Assembly: GCA_019057385.1 (NCBI GenBank)
Contig: JAHQJS010000004.1
Coordinates: 544,001-608,000 of the forward strand
Direction: 5' to 3'
Source of the DNA: Candidatus Borrarchaeum weybense
Lineage (GTDB): Archaea; Asgardarchaeota; Sifarchaeia; Borrarchaeales; Borrarchaeaceae
DNA: 64,000 nt
Shown piece after piece: positions 49,138-59,463 of this stretch (its first letter is position 1; every line of letters starts with the position of its first letter). The translations under genes and the position numbers were made by a program. The notes beneath the pieces are model-generated. The model had not been told where the DNA came from and did not search any database. It was given only the letters and a program-made list of their open reading frames with translations.

Positions 49138-49419
49138 GTGAATAAAGTGGAAAAACTCCGTCCGACCCCTGGTGCCGTAGTCCCATCTGGAACATCTGAC
49201 CAGTATATTAAAACAGGGACGTGGCGTTTTGAGAGACCTGTTATAGACAATAAAAAATGCATCCGATGTCTTCTGTGCTGGATTTTTTGTCCCGATGCAT
49301 CAATTGTGCAGAATGAAGATGGCACACTTGACGTCTTACTTGATTATTGTAAAGGTTGTGGAATTTGTGCACATGAATGTCCTGTAGAGGCAATTAAGAT
49401 GGAGGAAGAAGAAAGATGA
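49138..49419 (+). CDS. porD: Pyruvate/2-ketoisovalerate:ferredoxin oxidoreductase delta subunit
   Basis: TGTWR, CIRCLLCWIFCP, YCKGCGICAHECP. Confidence 0.92.
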   Translation: MNKVEKLRPTPGAVVPSGTSDQYIKTGTWRFERPVIDNKKCIRCLLCWIFCPDASIVQNEDGTLDVLLDYCKGCGICAHECPVEAIKMEEEER

Positions 49420-50627
49420 CGAAAGTTCAAGAAGAGCAAATGATTCAAGAGCTAACAATGACTGGGGCAACAGCTGCTGCGATAGGTGCAATACTGTCTC
49501 GTGTAGAGGTAGTCTCAGCATATCCAATCACTCCGATGACACATGCTTTGGAATACATAGCTAAAGTAATTGCTGACGGTGAACTAAATGCTGAAATGCT
49601 TACAGTTGAAAGCGAGCATTCCGCAATGGCTGCATGCATAACTGCGTCTCTATCAGGTGCGCGAACCTTCACGGGCACAAGTTCCCAAGGTCTATTTTTG
49701 ATGCATGAGATGCTTCATTGGGCTGGTGGGTCTCGTGTCCCTATTGTAGCGCTTGTAGGAAACAGGGCGGTGTGTGTGCCTTGGTGCTTGAATGTAGACC
49801 ATCAGGACTCAATGAGTCAACGAGATACAGGATGGATGCAATTTTACGTTGAGAATAATCAGGAGGTTCTAGATACAGTTATCCAAGCGTATCGTATTGC
49901 AGAAGATAAGAACATATTACTTCCTGCTATGGTCTGCCTTGATGGCTTTATTCTTACTCACACCAGAGAAAGGGTTTTCGTTCCCACTCAAAGGAAAGTT
50001 GACGATTTTTTGCCCCCATACGACAGTGGAGTATTTAAGATCGATGCTGACAATCCCTTATCTCAAAATGTAGTAGCGTTAACGAGTTCTTATCAAGAAT
50101 TTCGTTATCTTCAACAGAGAGCTATGGAAAATGCTAAGAAATTAATCAAACAAGTGAATGACGAGTTTGCTGAGGAATTTGGACGTTCTTGGGGAGGTCT
50201 CATCAATATTTATCCACAGGATGCCGATTTCGAGACTGCTGTTGTTGCAATGGGTACAGCAGCAAGCACAGCCAGGACTGCTGTCAAGGAACTCAGATCT
50301 GAAGGCAAAGATGTGGGATTAATTAAACTACGCGTATTTCGTCCGTTTCCAGATGAAGAATTACAAAAAATATGTTCTGGGATGAATGCTCTTGCGGTTA
50401 TTGATCGAAATTGTTCTTTTGGCGCGCAAGGAATTGCATATAACCAAATCCGTTCAAGCCTGTATGATTTAAAGGAACGTCCCTTAGTGTTGGGTCATAT
50501 CGCTGGTCTCGGAGGTCGTGATATTTCTGTAAATGATATTAAAAAGATATTAACTGATGCTATTGAAGTCGGAAAAACTGGTGAGCCCCCAAAAACTGTT
50601 GAATGGGTCAATTTAAAGGAGATCTAA
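49416..50627 (+). CDS. porA: Pyruvate/2-ketoisovalerate:ferredoxin oxidoreductase alpha subunit
   Basis: AYPITP, VESEHSA, TSSQGL, NRA, DGF motifs. Confidence 0.92.
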   Translation: MTKVQEEQMIQELTMTGATAAAIGAILSRVEVVSAYPITPMTHALEYIAKVIADGELNAEMLTVESEHSAMAACITASLSGARTFTGTSSQGLFLMHEMLHWAGGSRVPIVALVGNRAVCVPWCLNVDHQDSMSQRDTGWMQFYVENNQEVLDTVIQAYRIAEDKNILLPAMVCLDGFILTHTRERVFVPTQRKVDDFLPPYDSGVFKIDADNPLSQNVVALTSSYQEFRYLQQRAMENAKKLIKQVNDEFAEEFGRSWGGLINIYPQDADFETAVVAMGTAASTARTAVKELRSEGKDVGLIKLRVFRPFPDEELQKICSGMNALAVIDRNCSFGAQGIAYNQIRSSLYDLKERPLVLGHIAGLGGRDISVNDIKKILTDAIEVGKTGEPPKTVEWVNLKEI

Positions 50628-50630
50628 AAA

Positions 50631-51551
50631 ATGCCGTCACAACAGATTCCCATACGAGATATTCCCTATGATATTGAACTTTTGACAAGAGGACATCGTG
50701 CATGCCCAGGCTGTGGAATGGCTATTGCGTGTCGTCAAGCCCTGAAGATATTAGGTAAAAATACAGTATGTATGTTATCAGCTGGATGCTTTGCGAGTTG
50801 TACTGCTGGTCCGTTTCCTACCTCAAGTATTGGAACCCCTGCAATTTTTGGCTCCTTTGGAAGTACTGGCGCGGCTCTTTCAGGTATTGAGGCTGCTTTG
50901 AGAATAAAGGGGCGAAATAAGGACTTCAACATTGTCGCCATAGCTGGTGATGGAGGAACCGCTGATATCGGGTATCAGTCACTCTCAGCAGCTATCGATC
51001 GGGGGCATAATATCATCTATATTTGTTACGATAATGAAGCCTATATGAACACAGGAATTCAGAAAAGTGGCTCAACGCCTTATGGTGCCTGGACTACCAC
51101 AACACCTGTTGGAAGATTGATAAAAGGAAAGCAACAACCAAAGAAGCCGCTTGCACAACTGTTTGCAACAAATGGTGCATATTATTCTGCAACAGCATCA
51201 ATTGCTTACGTTTCTGATTGGGTTGGCAAGGTCAAGCGCGCAATTGAGGTTACACAAGCAGGGTTAGGACCCGCATTTCTTCACATTCCGGCTGAATGCC
51301 CCACAGGATGGCGATATCCTTCAGAACACACAGTTGAATTGGCTCGACTTGCGGTTCTGACTGGATGGTGGGCACTTTACGAGATCGAGCATGGTGAATT
51401 TAAACTCAATTTCCGTCCTAAGAACAGAGAACCTGTTGAAGCATATCTTCGTCCACAAGGACGATTTAGACATTTTACAGCAGAAGATATTGCTAAAATA
51501 CAGGAACGGATTGATAAAGACTGGGAAGTACTGGAGAGTGACATGATTTGA
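50631..51551 (+). CDS. porB: Pyruvate/2-ketoisovalerate:ferredoxin oxidoreductase beta subunit
   Basis: GHRACPGCG, GDGGTADIG, DNEAYMNTGIQ, CPTGW motifs. Confidence 0.92.
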   Translation: MPSQQIPIRDIPYDIELLTRGHRACPGCGMAIACRQALKILGKNTVCMLSAGCFASCTAGPFPTSSIGTPAIFGSFGSTGAALSGIEAALRIKGRNKDFNIVAIAGDGGTADIGYQSLSAAIDRGHNIIYICYDNEAYMNTGIQKSGSTPYGAWTTTTPVGRLIKGKQQPKKPLAQLFATNGAYYSATASIAYVSDWVGKVKRAIEVTQAGLGPAFLHIPAECPTGWRYPSEHTVELARLAVLTGWWALYEIEHGEFKLNFRPKNREPVEAYLRPQGRFRHFTAEDIAKIQERIDKDWEVLESDMI

Positions 51552-52126
51552 GCTGGAACTATAAGAATGATGTAACTGAGATAATTCTTTTTGGTCGAGG
51601 CGGAATGGGCGTAGTAACAGGTACGGAACTATTAACAGAAGCAGCAGCTCACGAAGACAAGTATGGTCAAAGTTTTCCCCTTTTTGGATTAGAACGTCGA
51701 GGTGCTCCTTTCCGAGCATATGTGAGACTTAGTAATGAACCAATTTATGTTCGGACAGAAATTCATCAACCAGACATTGTTATTGTTATGGATCAAACAC
51801 TATTGAAATTACTGGATGTTACCGAAGGTTTGGATTCTCAGAATGGAACACTAATCATTAATAGCACACATTCTCCTTCTGAACTTAGATCAGAATACGG
51901 TTTCCAATGTAAAGTAGCAACAGTAGATGCAGATCATATTGCTATGAAAGAATTCGGACGTCGTATAACAAATACGCCAATGATTGGAGCTTTTTGCCGA
52001 GTAAGTGGATTAGTACAACTTACATCAGTATTTAAAGCAGTATCTACCCTTTTTGGTGAATCTGCTATTACAGAAAAAAATATCAATGCCATAACAGAAG
52101 CATACCACTCAGTTGTGATGGAATAA
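51548..52126 (+). CDS. porC: Pyruvate/2-ketoisovalerate:ferredoxin oxidoreductase gamma subunit
   Basis: GRGGMG, FGLERRGAP, NTPMIGA motifs. Confidence 0.92.
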   Translation: MSWNYKNDVTEIILFGRGGMGVVTGTELLTEAAAHEDKYGQSFPLFGLERRGAPFRAYVRLSNEPIYVRTEIHQPDIVIVMDQTLLKLLDVTEGLDSQNGTLIINSTHSPSELRSEYGFQCKVATVDADHIAMKEFGRRITNTPMIGAFCRVSGLVQLTSVFKAVSTLFGESAITEKNINAITEAYHSVVME

Positions 52127-52324
52127 GTGTTTCTAAATCTTTACCTCTTCTTCTTAAGTTTTGTTTGTCCCGTTCAGAGCGATCGGATCTTTAGTTTCCA
52201 GTTTTGATACGTGGATCTGCCTTTCACAACTTTACAATACCCTTTTTTGTAATAAGTTAACTATTTATTTTTGTAATAATATATACCCCCACATTATTTT
52301 ACATCTCAAAAAAGGTGACGATGA

Positions 52325-52876
52325 ATGGCTGAAGAATTATTGGAGAAAATCCCACCTGAAAAGCGTTGGGCAATAACTGCCAAACTTCTCACTTCATTAC
52401 ACGTGATACAAGGTGAAAAAAACACTGCGCCAATCATAGGGAAAGGAGAGAATATTAATTCACCAGTTAAGGGTGCGGAAACGTGGACAGAGATAAATAC
52501 AAAGATATTTGGCGGATTCTTTAAGTGGTGGTGGCCAAGGATTCAAGAAATGTTCAACATACCAGTAGAGAACGCCGTAGATGCCGCTAAATTTGCAAAC
52601 GTCACGGCGCCATTGCAGTCAGGACCTGAATGGGAGTTTGAGTATCCTGAAGTAACCAGAGAAAGAACTGTACTCAAGGTGGCCAAATGTCCGTGGTGGG
52701 AGAGATATACGGAATATGAGGTACGTCCTGAATTTATCCCTTGTCTCCCAACCTGTGAAGTAGAGATTGGAGAGGGAATTAAGGCAGTTAATCCTAAGAT
52801 GACTCACGAACTCACGAAGGCAAGACCAAGAGGCGATTCCTACTGTGAATGGGTCTACGAGCTTAAAGACGAGTAA
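52325..52876 (+). CDS. V4R/ATC-hydrolase-like protein (paralog 2)
   Basis: KCPWW...PC..C...GDSYCE. Confidence 0.7.
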   Translation: MAEELLEKIPPEKRWAITAKLLTSLHVIQGEKNTAPIIGKGENINSPVKGAETWTEINTKIFGGFFKWWWPRIQEMFNIPVENAVDAAKFANVTAPLQSGPEWEFEYPEVTRERTVLKVAKCPWWERYTEYEVRPEFIPCLPTCEVEIGEGIKAVNPKMTHELTKARPRGDSYCEWVYELKDE

Positions 52877-52905
52877 ACATTCAGAAATCTAAACAGGTGA
52901 CATGA

Positions 52906-53466
52906 ATGGCTGAAGAATTATTGGAGAAAATCCCACCTGAGAAGTGTTGGGAGATAACTCGTGATATACTCGTCAAATTTATAGTTTTGAGAGGGGATAA
53001 AATTATCGCGCCTGTTTTAGGTTTGAGTGAAGGAATCATCGCGCCTGTCTTGGGCGCGGAAAAGTGGGATGAGATAAACGATAAGGTATATGGTGAAGGC
53101 GGTAAGCAACTTTATACTTGGGTTAAAAAAACTTTTAATATACCAGTAGAGGATGCAATAGGAGCGTTTAAATTAGTCTACGTTGTTGAATCACTATTGT
53201 CTGCTGGCCCATTCACGAGCGAGGATTATGAAATAGTCGAGGCAACCCCAGAAAGAGTAGTATTCAGATGGCATAACTGTTGCTGGTGGGAGGCGTATGA
53301 AGAGTTTGGTGTACATTCTGAGCATAGAGCTTGCGACGCAGCCGATCAAAAACATCAGGAAGAGGGTCTCAAGGCTGTTAATCCTAAGGCAACTTACAAG
53401 CTCACGAAGACTCGACAAGAAGGATATCCCTATTGCGAATTGATCATCGAGTTTAAGGAAGAATAA
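52906..53466 (+). CDS. V4R/ATC-hydrolase-like protein (paralog 3)
   Basis: NCCWW...AC...GYPYCE; 5' end identical to paralog 2. Confidence 0.7.
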   Translation: MAEELLEKIPPEKCWEITRDILVKFIVLRGDKIIAPVLGLSEGIIAPVLGAEKWDEINDKVYGEGGKQLYTWVKKTFNIPVEDAIGAFKLVYVVESLLSAGPFTSEDYEIVEATPERVVFRWHNCCWWEAYEEFGVHSEHRACDAADQKHQEEGLKAVNPKATYKLTKTRQEGYPYCELIIEFKEE

Positions 53467-53599
53467 ATGATTAATCCTATCTCTTTCATAAATCTCTTTA
53501 GCTAAAATTGATTTTAAGGAAAAAATTAAAGTGCATTTTAGTTTGTTGCCTTATATTTATTGAAAAAGTTAAAAGCAGTGTAAATATTCTAAAACGAGG

Positions 53600-54166
53600 A
53601 TGATCAAAGTGGAAAACTACAAACTCTCGTTAACAGATATTCTCATTGTCATCAATTCCATCATCTACGTAATCCTTGGAGTGCTTGGTGGAAATATCCT
53701 TATACTTCCCATTTCTCTGTTAGCCCAATGGGGTCAATGGAATCGTGCGGTTCTTGAATTCGGTGCTTATTGGCAACTTTTCAGCTCTATTTTCATTCAC
53801 GCAAATATCCTTCACATTGGGGCTAACATGTTCTTTCTATGGATCTATGGAAAACGTGCTGAGGAACTCTTTGCTTCTTATTCATTTCTGGCTATCTATC
53901 TCATTGGTGGTCTCCTTGGTAGTCTATTTACGTTATTGCTACCTCTAGATACGGTCTCAGTTGGTGCTTCGGGTGCCATTTTTGCAGTCCTTGCCGCCGA
54001 TTTAATCAGTTTAGGGCGCAGATATGGAAAACTTAAACAAAATATCCTTGTAGCTGCATTATTTTTTATGTTTAGCATTACAGTGGGATCGAATATTCTA
54101 GCCCATTTGGGCGGAATTTTTGACGGAGCACTTTTAGGTTACTTTATTCCCTCAAAAAAGAAATAA
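53600..54166 (+). CDS. Rhomboid intramembrane serine protease
   Basis: WQL, HANILHIGANM, GASG catalytic Ser, AHLGG catalytic His. Confidence 0.92.
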   Translation: MIKVENYKLSLTDILIVINSIIYVILGVLGGNILILPISLLAQWGQWNRAVLEFGAYWQLFSSIFIHANILHIGANMFFLWIYGKRAEELFASYSFLAIYLIGGLLGSLFTLLLPLDTVSVGASGAIFAVLAADLISLGRRYGKLKQNILVAALFFMFSITVGSNILAHLGGIFDGALLGYFIPSKKK

Positions 54167-54197
54167 AAGCAAAATGAAGTTAGATAAACCATGCACT

Positions 54198-54662
54198 TTA
54201 TTTATTATCTGATAGATTAGTCCAAGTAGCATGTCGTGCTACATGTTCTTTTACATGTGCCTTAAATTTTTCAACATTTTCTTGTAATTCTCTAGCAGCT
54301 TGCCTATTCAGAGGATCGCTCGGATTTGGTGCGGTTAATAAAATTCGTAAAGTTTCAATAACATCAATCAAGCTATTTGAAGGCGACCAATCCTTTCCAA
54401 GTATCCCAACACAGACATTTTTATTGTGGATATTCGGATGCCATGTTTTTGTAAGCCATCTCACCTTTGGTGGTCTATACGGAAAGTTTCTTGGTAGTAC
54501 AATTTCAATTTCAAAAACCCCTCCATCATAGAGCTCAGTGCCGAGAATAAAGCCTCTTAACTTACGAATATCGTTTTTTACTGGTGAGAAGGTTGGTTCT
54601 TCCCGCTGTAGTAACTTAAGTTCATATACAAGTCTCGCCGCGAAGTCTTCATCAGAGAGCAC
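54198..54662 (-). CDS. Ubiquitin-conjugating enzyme E2 (eukaryotic signature protein)
   Basis: RLVYEL, YDGGVF, FPYRPP, WHPNI, active-site VCVGIL, WSP, NPSDPLN. Confidence 0.93.
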   Translation of the reverse strand: MLSDEDFAARLVYELKLLQREEPTFSPVKNDIRKLRGFILGTELYDGGVFEIEIVLPRNFPYRPPKVRWLTKTWHPNIHNKNVCVGILGKDWSPSNSLIDVIETLRILLTAPNPSDPLNRQAARELQENVEKFKAHVKEHVARHATWTNLSDNK

Positions 54663-54916
54663 TTTAATTCTACCTTCAAGATCTTATATAAGAAATCGCT
54701 GATAACTAATTGAAATGTCTTTCCATGTTCTATCAGCTATGAATGATTCGTGAACAAAACTATTTATTAGACTTAAGTTCAGGTAGTAATTTGTTACCAA
54801 ACAAATGAAGCCTAAAGAAGTTTTCTGTGTTCACCAAAAAATTTATACTATTTCTAGTGGTGTTGTTGATTGCCAGAATTACAAATTCTGTAACTGAAGT
54901 TTATGGTGCCAACATA

Positions 54917-55588
54917 TTGAAAATCTTAGTTGTTGAAAATTCTATCATGGGTAGGAAACAATATGAATGGCTAGGTGATCTAATTCCAAATTACCGTGAG
55001 TCTATGGATGTATGGATTAGTTACAATTGCGAACCTCCTAAAACAATTAATCAATATGACCGTCTTATTTTGCTAGGTTCGGAAGCTTCAATTTTAGATG
55101 AACATGAATGGCTTAAACCAGAAATGGATATCATTCAAAACTCAATTGAGCATGGGATCCCGCTTCTAGGAATCTGCTTTGGTCATCAACTGATTGTTCA
55201 TACAGTACTTGGTCGTGAATGTGTTAAAAGAAGGTCTAAACCTGAATTAGGATGGCCCGAAATTCGAATTTTAAAAAAGAATAAGCTTTTTCAAGGTATC
55301 TCCAGTCGTTTTTTTTCATATTCTTTCCACTTTGACGAAGTAATCAAGTCATTCGCTCTAGAAATATTAGCAAATTCCAATGAATGTAAAATACAGGCCT
55401 ATAAATTGAAGAACAAAGATGTGTGGGGTATTCAGTTTCATCCAGAGATTAATATTGAAACTGGTGCACAAATCCTTCGCGAAACTGCATCTAGTTTTAG
55501 ATGGAATAATATTGAAGAGATAATCAAAAAAGCAAATGATTCCAATATCGGATCACAGTTGCTTCTCAACTTTTTAAACGAACTTTAG
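54917..55588 (+). CDS. Type 1 glutamine amidotransferase-like protein
   Basis: LGICFGHQ and QFHPE triad motifs; start adjusted to TTG 54917. Confidence 0.88.
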   Translation: MKILVVENSIMGRKQYEWLGDLIPNYRESMDVWISYNCEPPKTINQYDRLILLGSEASILDEHEWLKPEMDIIQNSIEHGIPLLGICFGHQLIVHTVLGRECVKRRSKPELGWPEIRILKKNKLFQGISSRFFSYSFHFDEVIKSFALEILANSNECKIQAYKLKNKDVWGIQFHPEINIETGAQILRETASSFRWNNIEEIIKKANDSNIGSQLLLNFLNEL

Positions 55589-56106
55589 TTTTTATTTACG
55601 TCTTTAATTACATGAAAGTGCGCTTTCATGCCATTCATTACAGGAATTTTATATATTAATTCTATGACATGATCACAGGATAGTTTTTGAACGCGCATTT
55701 GAAATTTCTTGTCTAGTTTCTATTTCGAATTTTATTATGGATTCTACCAACTTGTTGTGCTATTTAGTAAGCAAGTCAGATTAAGGCTGTCGACTGCTGA
55801 ATCTTGATATCCGAAAAATTCTGACATTCGAAGAAATCGGAAGCGTGATGGCCATTGCTCACAACTTAATAAATACAATGATAAGGTGACATGTTCGCGA
55901 TAAATTTTATTATTTGATGAAAATTTTGCCATTATATTAATGTAAATTATTTTCTCCCCCTAAATGATGATTCTTATTTGAGAAAAAATTCAAATACATG
56001 AAAATACAATTTCTTTTAGAGAATGTTGATAATTTTCAAGAATGAAGGTAAATGTACACGAGGTATCGACTATAAGAAACTACCTTTGTGAACTATATCC
56101 TACTCC

Positions 56107-58839
56107 ATGTCTCGGATTTTATGGATGCTGTTGTATATGACTGATATAAACCATAACGTCACGGAACGTGAGAAAATGAAGGAAATCTTGCGCGAGAGTG
56201 AAAAAAAATACCATTCTGTGTACGATTCAATGAATGAAGGAGTTGCGCTCCATCAGATTATTTATGATGAACAGGGGGAGACGGTAGACTATACAATCAT
56301 AGATGTTAACCCCGCTTATGAATCGATTACCGGTTTGAAGAGAGAAAAGGCAGTAGGGAGTAGAGCATCAGAATTATATGGAATAGGCAATTCTCCTTAC
56401 CTCGACATATATGCAAAAGTGGCTGCTACGGGACAACCAACGTCATTCGAGACCTATTTCCCACCAATAGACAAGCACTTCAGCATCTCCGTTTTTTCAC
56501 TAAGCAAAGGCCAGTTTGCCACGGTGTTCACTGATATCACAGCCCACAAAAAAGCAGAGAAGGCACTCATTTCTGAAAAAGAACGCCTTGCAGTCACGTT
56601 GCGTAGTATTGGTGATGGCGTAATCGCCACCGACACCGAGGGAAAGATAGTCTTAATCAATAAAGTCGCTGAAAAATTAACTGGATGGCCTCAGAAGGAG
56701 GCCTTTGGCAAACCTCTTGGTGAGGTTTTTCGTATCATTAATGAGAAAACTAGTACGCCCTGTGAAAATCCTGTGGAGAATGTACTAAAAACTGGTGTTA
56801 CAGTCGGTCTTGCCAACGATACAGTACTTGTATCTAGAGATGGTAAGGAGCGCATTTTAGCAGACAGTGGAGCGCCTATTCGTGATGGAGACGACAAAAT
56901 TATTGGTGTTGTTCTTGTATTCAGAGACATCACCAAGCGCAAGCAAACGGAGAAACAACTGAAATACTATACTGAAAATCTGGAAAAGCTTGTTGAGGAA
57001 CGGACAGATGCCTTAAGTGAATCGGAAGAAAAACTTAAGGTAATACTATCGGGAATCGGAGATTTCGTCACTATTCAAAATAAGAATTTAGACATTATCT
57101 GGGCAAATCAATCAATAAAGGATATCTGGGGAGATGTTATCGGAAAGAAGTGTTACGAAGTATATAAAGGGTTAACTGTACCCTGTCCTGACTGTTACGT
57201 CGAAAAGGTGTTTAATGAAGGAAAAACAGTCGTTTCGGAACGAGTTGACATAGGTCCGGATGGAAAACATATTCACCTTTTGATCTCCAGTTCTCCGATG
57301 CGAGATGTTGAGGGGAACATCGTAGGTGTTGTGGAAGTGGTTAAGGACATCACGAAACGAAAAAATGCAGAGGAGGCCCTAAAGGAGTCGGAGGAACGCT
57401 ATCGTGGGCTGTATGAATCCTCAATTGATGGTATTGCCTCTTTGGATCTGAAGGGACATATTGTAGAATGCAATCAGGCCTTTGCAGAAATGCTCGGCTA
57501 TACAAAAGAAGAACTGTACAACCTTACCACTTTTGACCTGACGCCTAGTAAATGGCTCGATACGAATAAAAGGTTCCATAAACAGTTACTTACGACAAAT
57601 TATTCGAAAGAGCTAGAAAAAGAATACTACAAGAAAGATGGATCCATTATCCATGTCTCCATAAAAGGATGGCCCATAAGAGAAAAAGAGGGCAAGCCGA
57701 TTGGTATGTGGGGCATTATTCGCGACATCACAGAACGTAAGCAGGCTGAGAAAAAAATAAATGAATCAGAAAAAAAGTACTCAACTATCGTAGAAAAAGG
57801 AAACGACGGAATAATTATTATTCAGGACGGCTTACTGAAATTTGCAAATTCAAAGATGGTAGAAACTACGGGTTTTTCGTTGGAGGATGCAATTGAGAAG
57901 CCGTTTATTAATTTTATTGCTCCAGAATATAAAGAATTAGTGCTAGATAGATACAAAAAGAGACTCTCTGGAAAGGAGGTGTCAAACAAATACGAAATAG
58001 AACTTTTTTCAAGAGATGGCAGAAAGATACCTATTGAAACAAGTGCCAGTGTGATTGAATACGAAGGTCGTCCTGCAGATATAGCTATACTCCGTGACAT
58101 CACCGAGCGCAGGGAGGCTGAAGAAAAGTTAAAACAAACCTTAGAGGAGTTATCACGTTCCAATTCGGAACTAGAGAAATTCGCCTATATCACTTCTCAT
58201 GACCTACAGGAGCCACTACGCATGGTTGCGAGTTTTTTACAATTGCTGGAGCACCGATATAAAGATAAACTCGACGAAGACGCAAATGAGTTCATTGCCT
58301 TTGCCGTAGATGGAGCAAACCGTTTAAAGGGGATGATTAAGGATCTGCTGACGTATTCACGTGTGGGGACGCGCGGTAAGTCCTTCGAACTATTTGACAG
58401 CAAAGAGGCACTTGATTTGGCACTGATCAATCTCAAGATGGCGATTGAAGAGAGTAATGCAGTGATAACCAATGATCTTCTGCCGAATATAATGGCAGAT
58501 CGTTCACAATTGATTCAGCTATTTCAAAATTTAATCGGGAATGCTATTAAATTTCGAGGTAAGGCGCTGCCAAGAGTTCATGTCTCTGCACGACAAGAAG
58601 GCAGCGATTGGATATTTTCTGTACGCGATAATGGAATTGGCGTAGATCCTAAATATTTCAATAGGATATTCGATGTTTTCCAGCGATTGCACAGCAGAGA
58701 TGAGTATCCAGGTTCTGGTATTGGGTTATCGATATGTAAAAAGATTGTAGAGCGCCATAATGGGCGAATTTGGGTGGAATCACAGCCCGAAAATGGTTCA
58801 ACGTTTTTTTTTACAATCCCCTTTAGACATGCTGTTTAA
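56107..58839 (+). CDS. Multi-PAS (5) histidine kinase
   Basis: Five PAS/PAC repeats, SHDLQEPL H-box, HATPase boxes. Confidence 0.95.
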   Translation: MSRILWMLLYMTDINHNVTEREKMKEILRESEKKYHSVYDSMNEGVALHQIIYDEQGETVDYTIIDVNPAYESITGLKREKAVGSRASELYGIGNSPYLDIYAKVAATGQPTSFETYFPPIDKHFSISVFSLSKGQFATVFTDITAHKKAEKALISEKERLAVTLRSIGDGVIATDTEGKIVLINKVAEKLTGWPQKEAFGKPLGEVFRIINEKTSTPCENPVENVLKTGVTVGLANDTVLVSRDGKERILADSGAPIRDGDDKIIGVVLVFRDITKRKQTEKQLKYYTENLEKLVEERTDALSESEEKLKVILSGIGDFVTIQNKNLDIIWANQSIKDIWGDVIGKKCYEVYKGLTVPCPDCYVEKVFNEGKTVVSERVDIGPDGKHIHLLISSSPMRDVEGNIVGVVEVVKDITKRKNAEEALKESEERYRGLYESSIDGIASLDLKGHIVECNQAFAEMLGYTKEELYNLTTFDLTPSKWLDTNKRFHKQLLTTNYSKELEKEYYKKDGSIIHVSIKGWPIREKEGKPIGMWGIIRDITERKQAEKKINESEKKYSTIVEKGNDGIIIIQDGLLKFANSKMVETTGFSLEDAIEKPFINFIAPEYKELVLDRYKKRLSGKEVSNKYEIELFSRDGRKIPIETSASVIEYEGRPADIAILRDITERREAEEKLKQTLEELSRSNSELEKFAYITSHDLQEPLRMVASFLQLLEHRYKDKLDEDANEFIAFAVDGANRLKGMIKDLLTYSRVGTRGKSFELFDSKEALDLALINLKMAIEESNAVITNDLLPNIMADRSQLIQLFQNLIGNAIKFRGKALPRVHVSARQEGSDWIFSVRDNGIGVDPKYFNRIFDVFQRLHSRDEYPGSGIGLSICKKIVERHNGRIWVESQPENGSTFFFTIPFRHAV

Positions 58840-59463
58840 CTTAATGATGCGGAAAACACTCAAATCTGATTGAAAGATAAATTCGTTGGAAATTCTTTTT
58901 GGAACTATTTGCAAATAAAGAAATAATAATAATAAGGAAGATGCCAAACCGTGACTTTAACGAGTTCAATCATGTGTTCCGACCTCTAGATTGTGATAAC
59001 AAATTTTTGTGTTTCTTTTAGAAATAAATAATACTCGCCAAAAATATCCAATATCTTATATCAGAACAAATTGCAATGCAAATTGGATCTAGACATCTCC
59101 AAGGCTCTTAAAAAATAGAACCTTAATGCAAACTTCAACCGATTCATAGTTTTCAAATTTGACTTTTCTAAATGAAATACTTGTTGTTTGACATGCGGAG
59201 AATTTACTGGAAACACTTAAATGAAAAGCTAATGGTTCTCTAAGTAACACACAGTTCTGAAAAACTTAAGAAAAAGATTATAAAAGAACTAAAAAATAAA
59301 AATATCGCGGATTTAATTATAAAATATTGTGAATATCACAATCTCTATTGAAAAAATTGTAGTTTTTTGGAACTTTATTCTTATCTATCCACATATTCAA
59401 TGTGTGATATAATCCCTGTTCAAACACTCGAATGAGCTATACTTTAACGGAGTTCATCCAAAA

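Noticed and set aside
55600-56106. Possible eroded 5' part of the downstream kinase
   Set aside because: An RBS-like AGGTGA-ATG is present, but no continuous or recognisable domain could be reconstructed.
58840-59463. Long AT-rich intergenic region (also 62294-62677)
   Set aside because: No convincing ORF, repeat or stable structure was seen.
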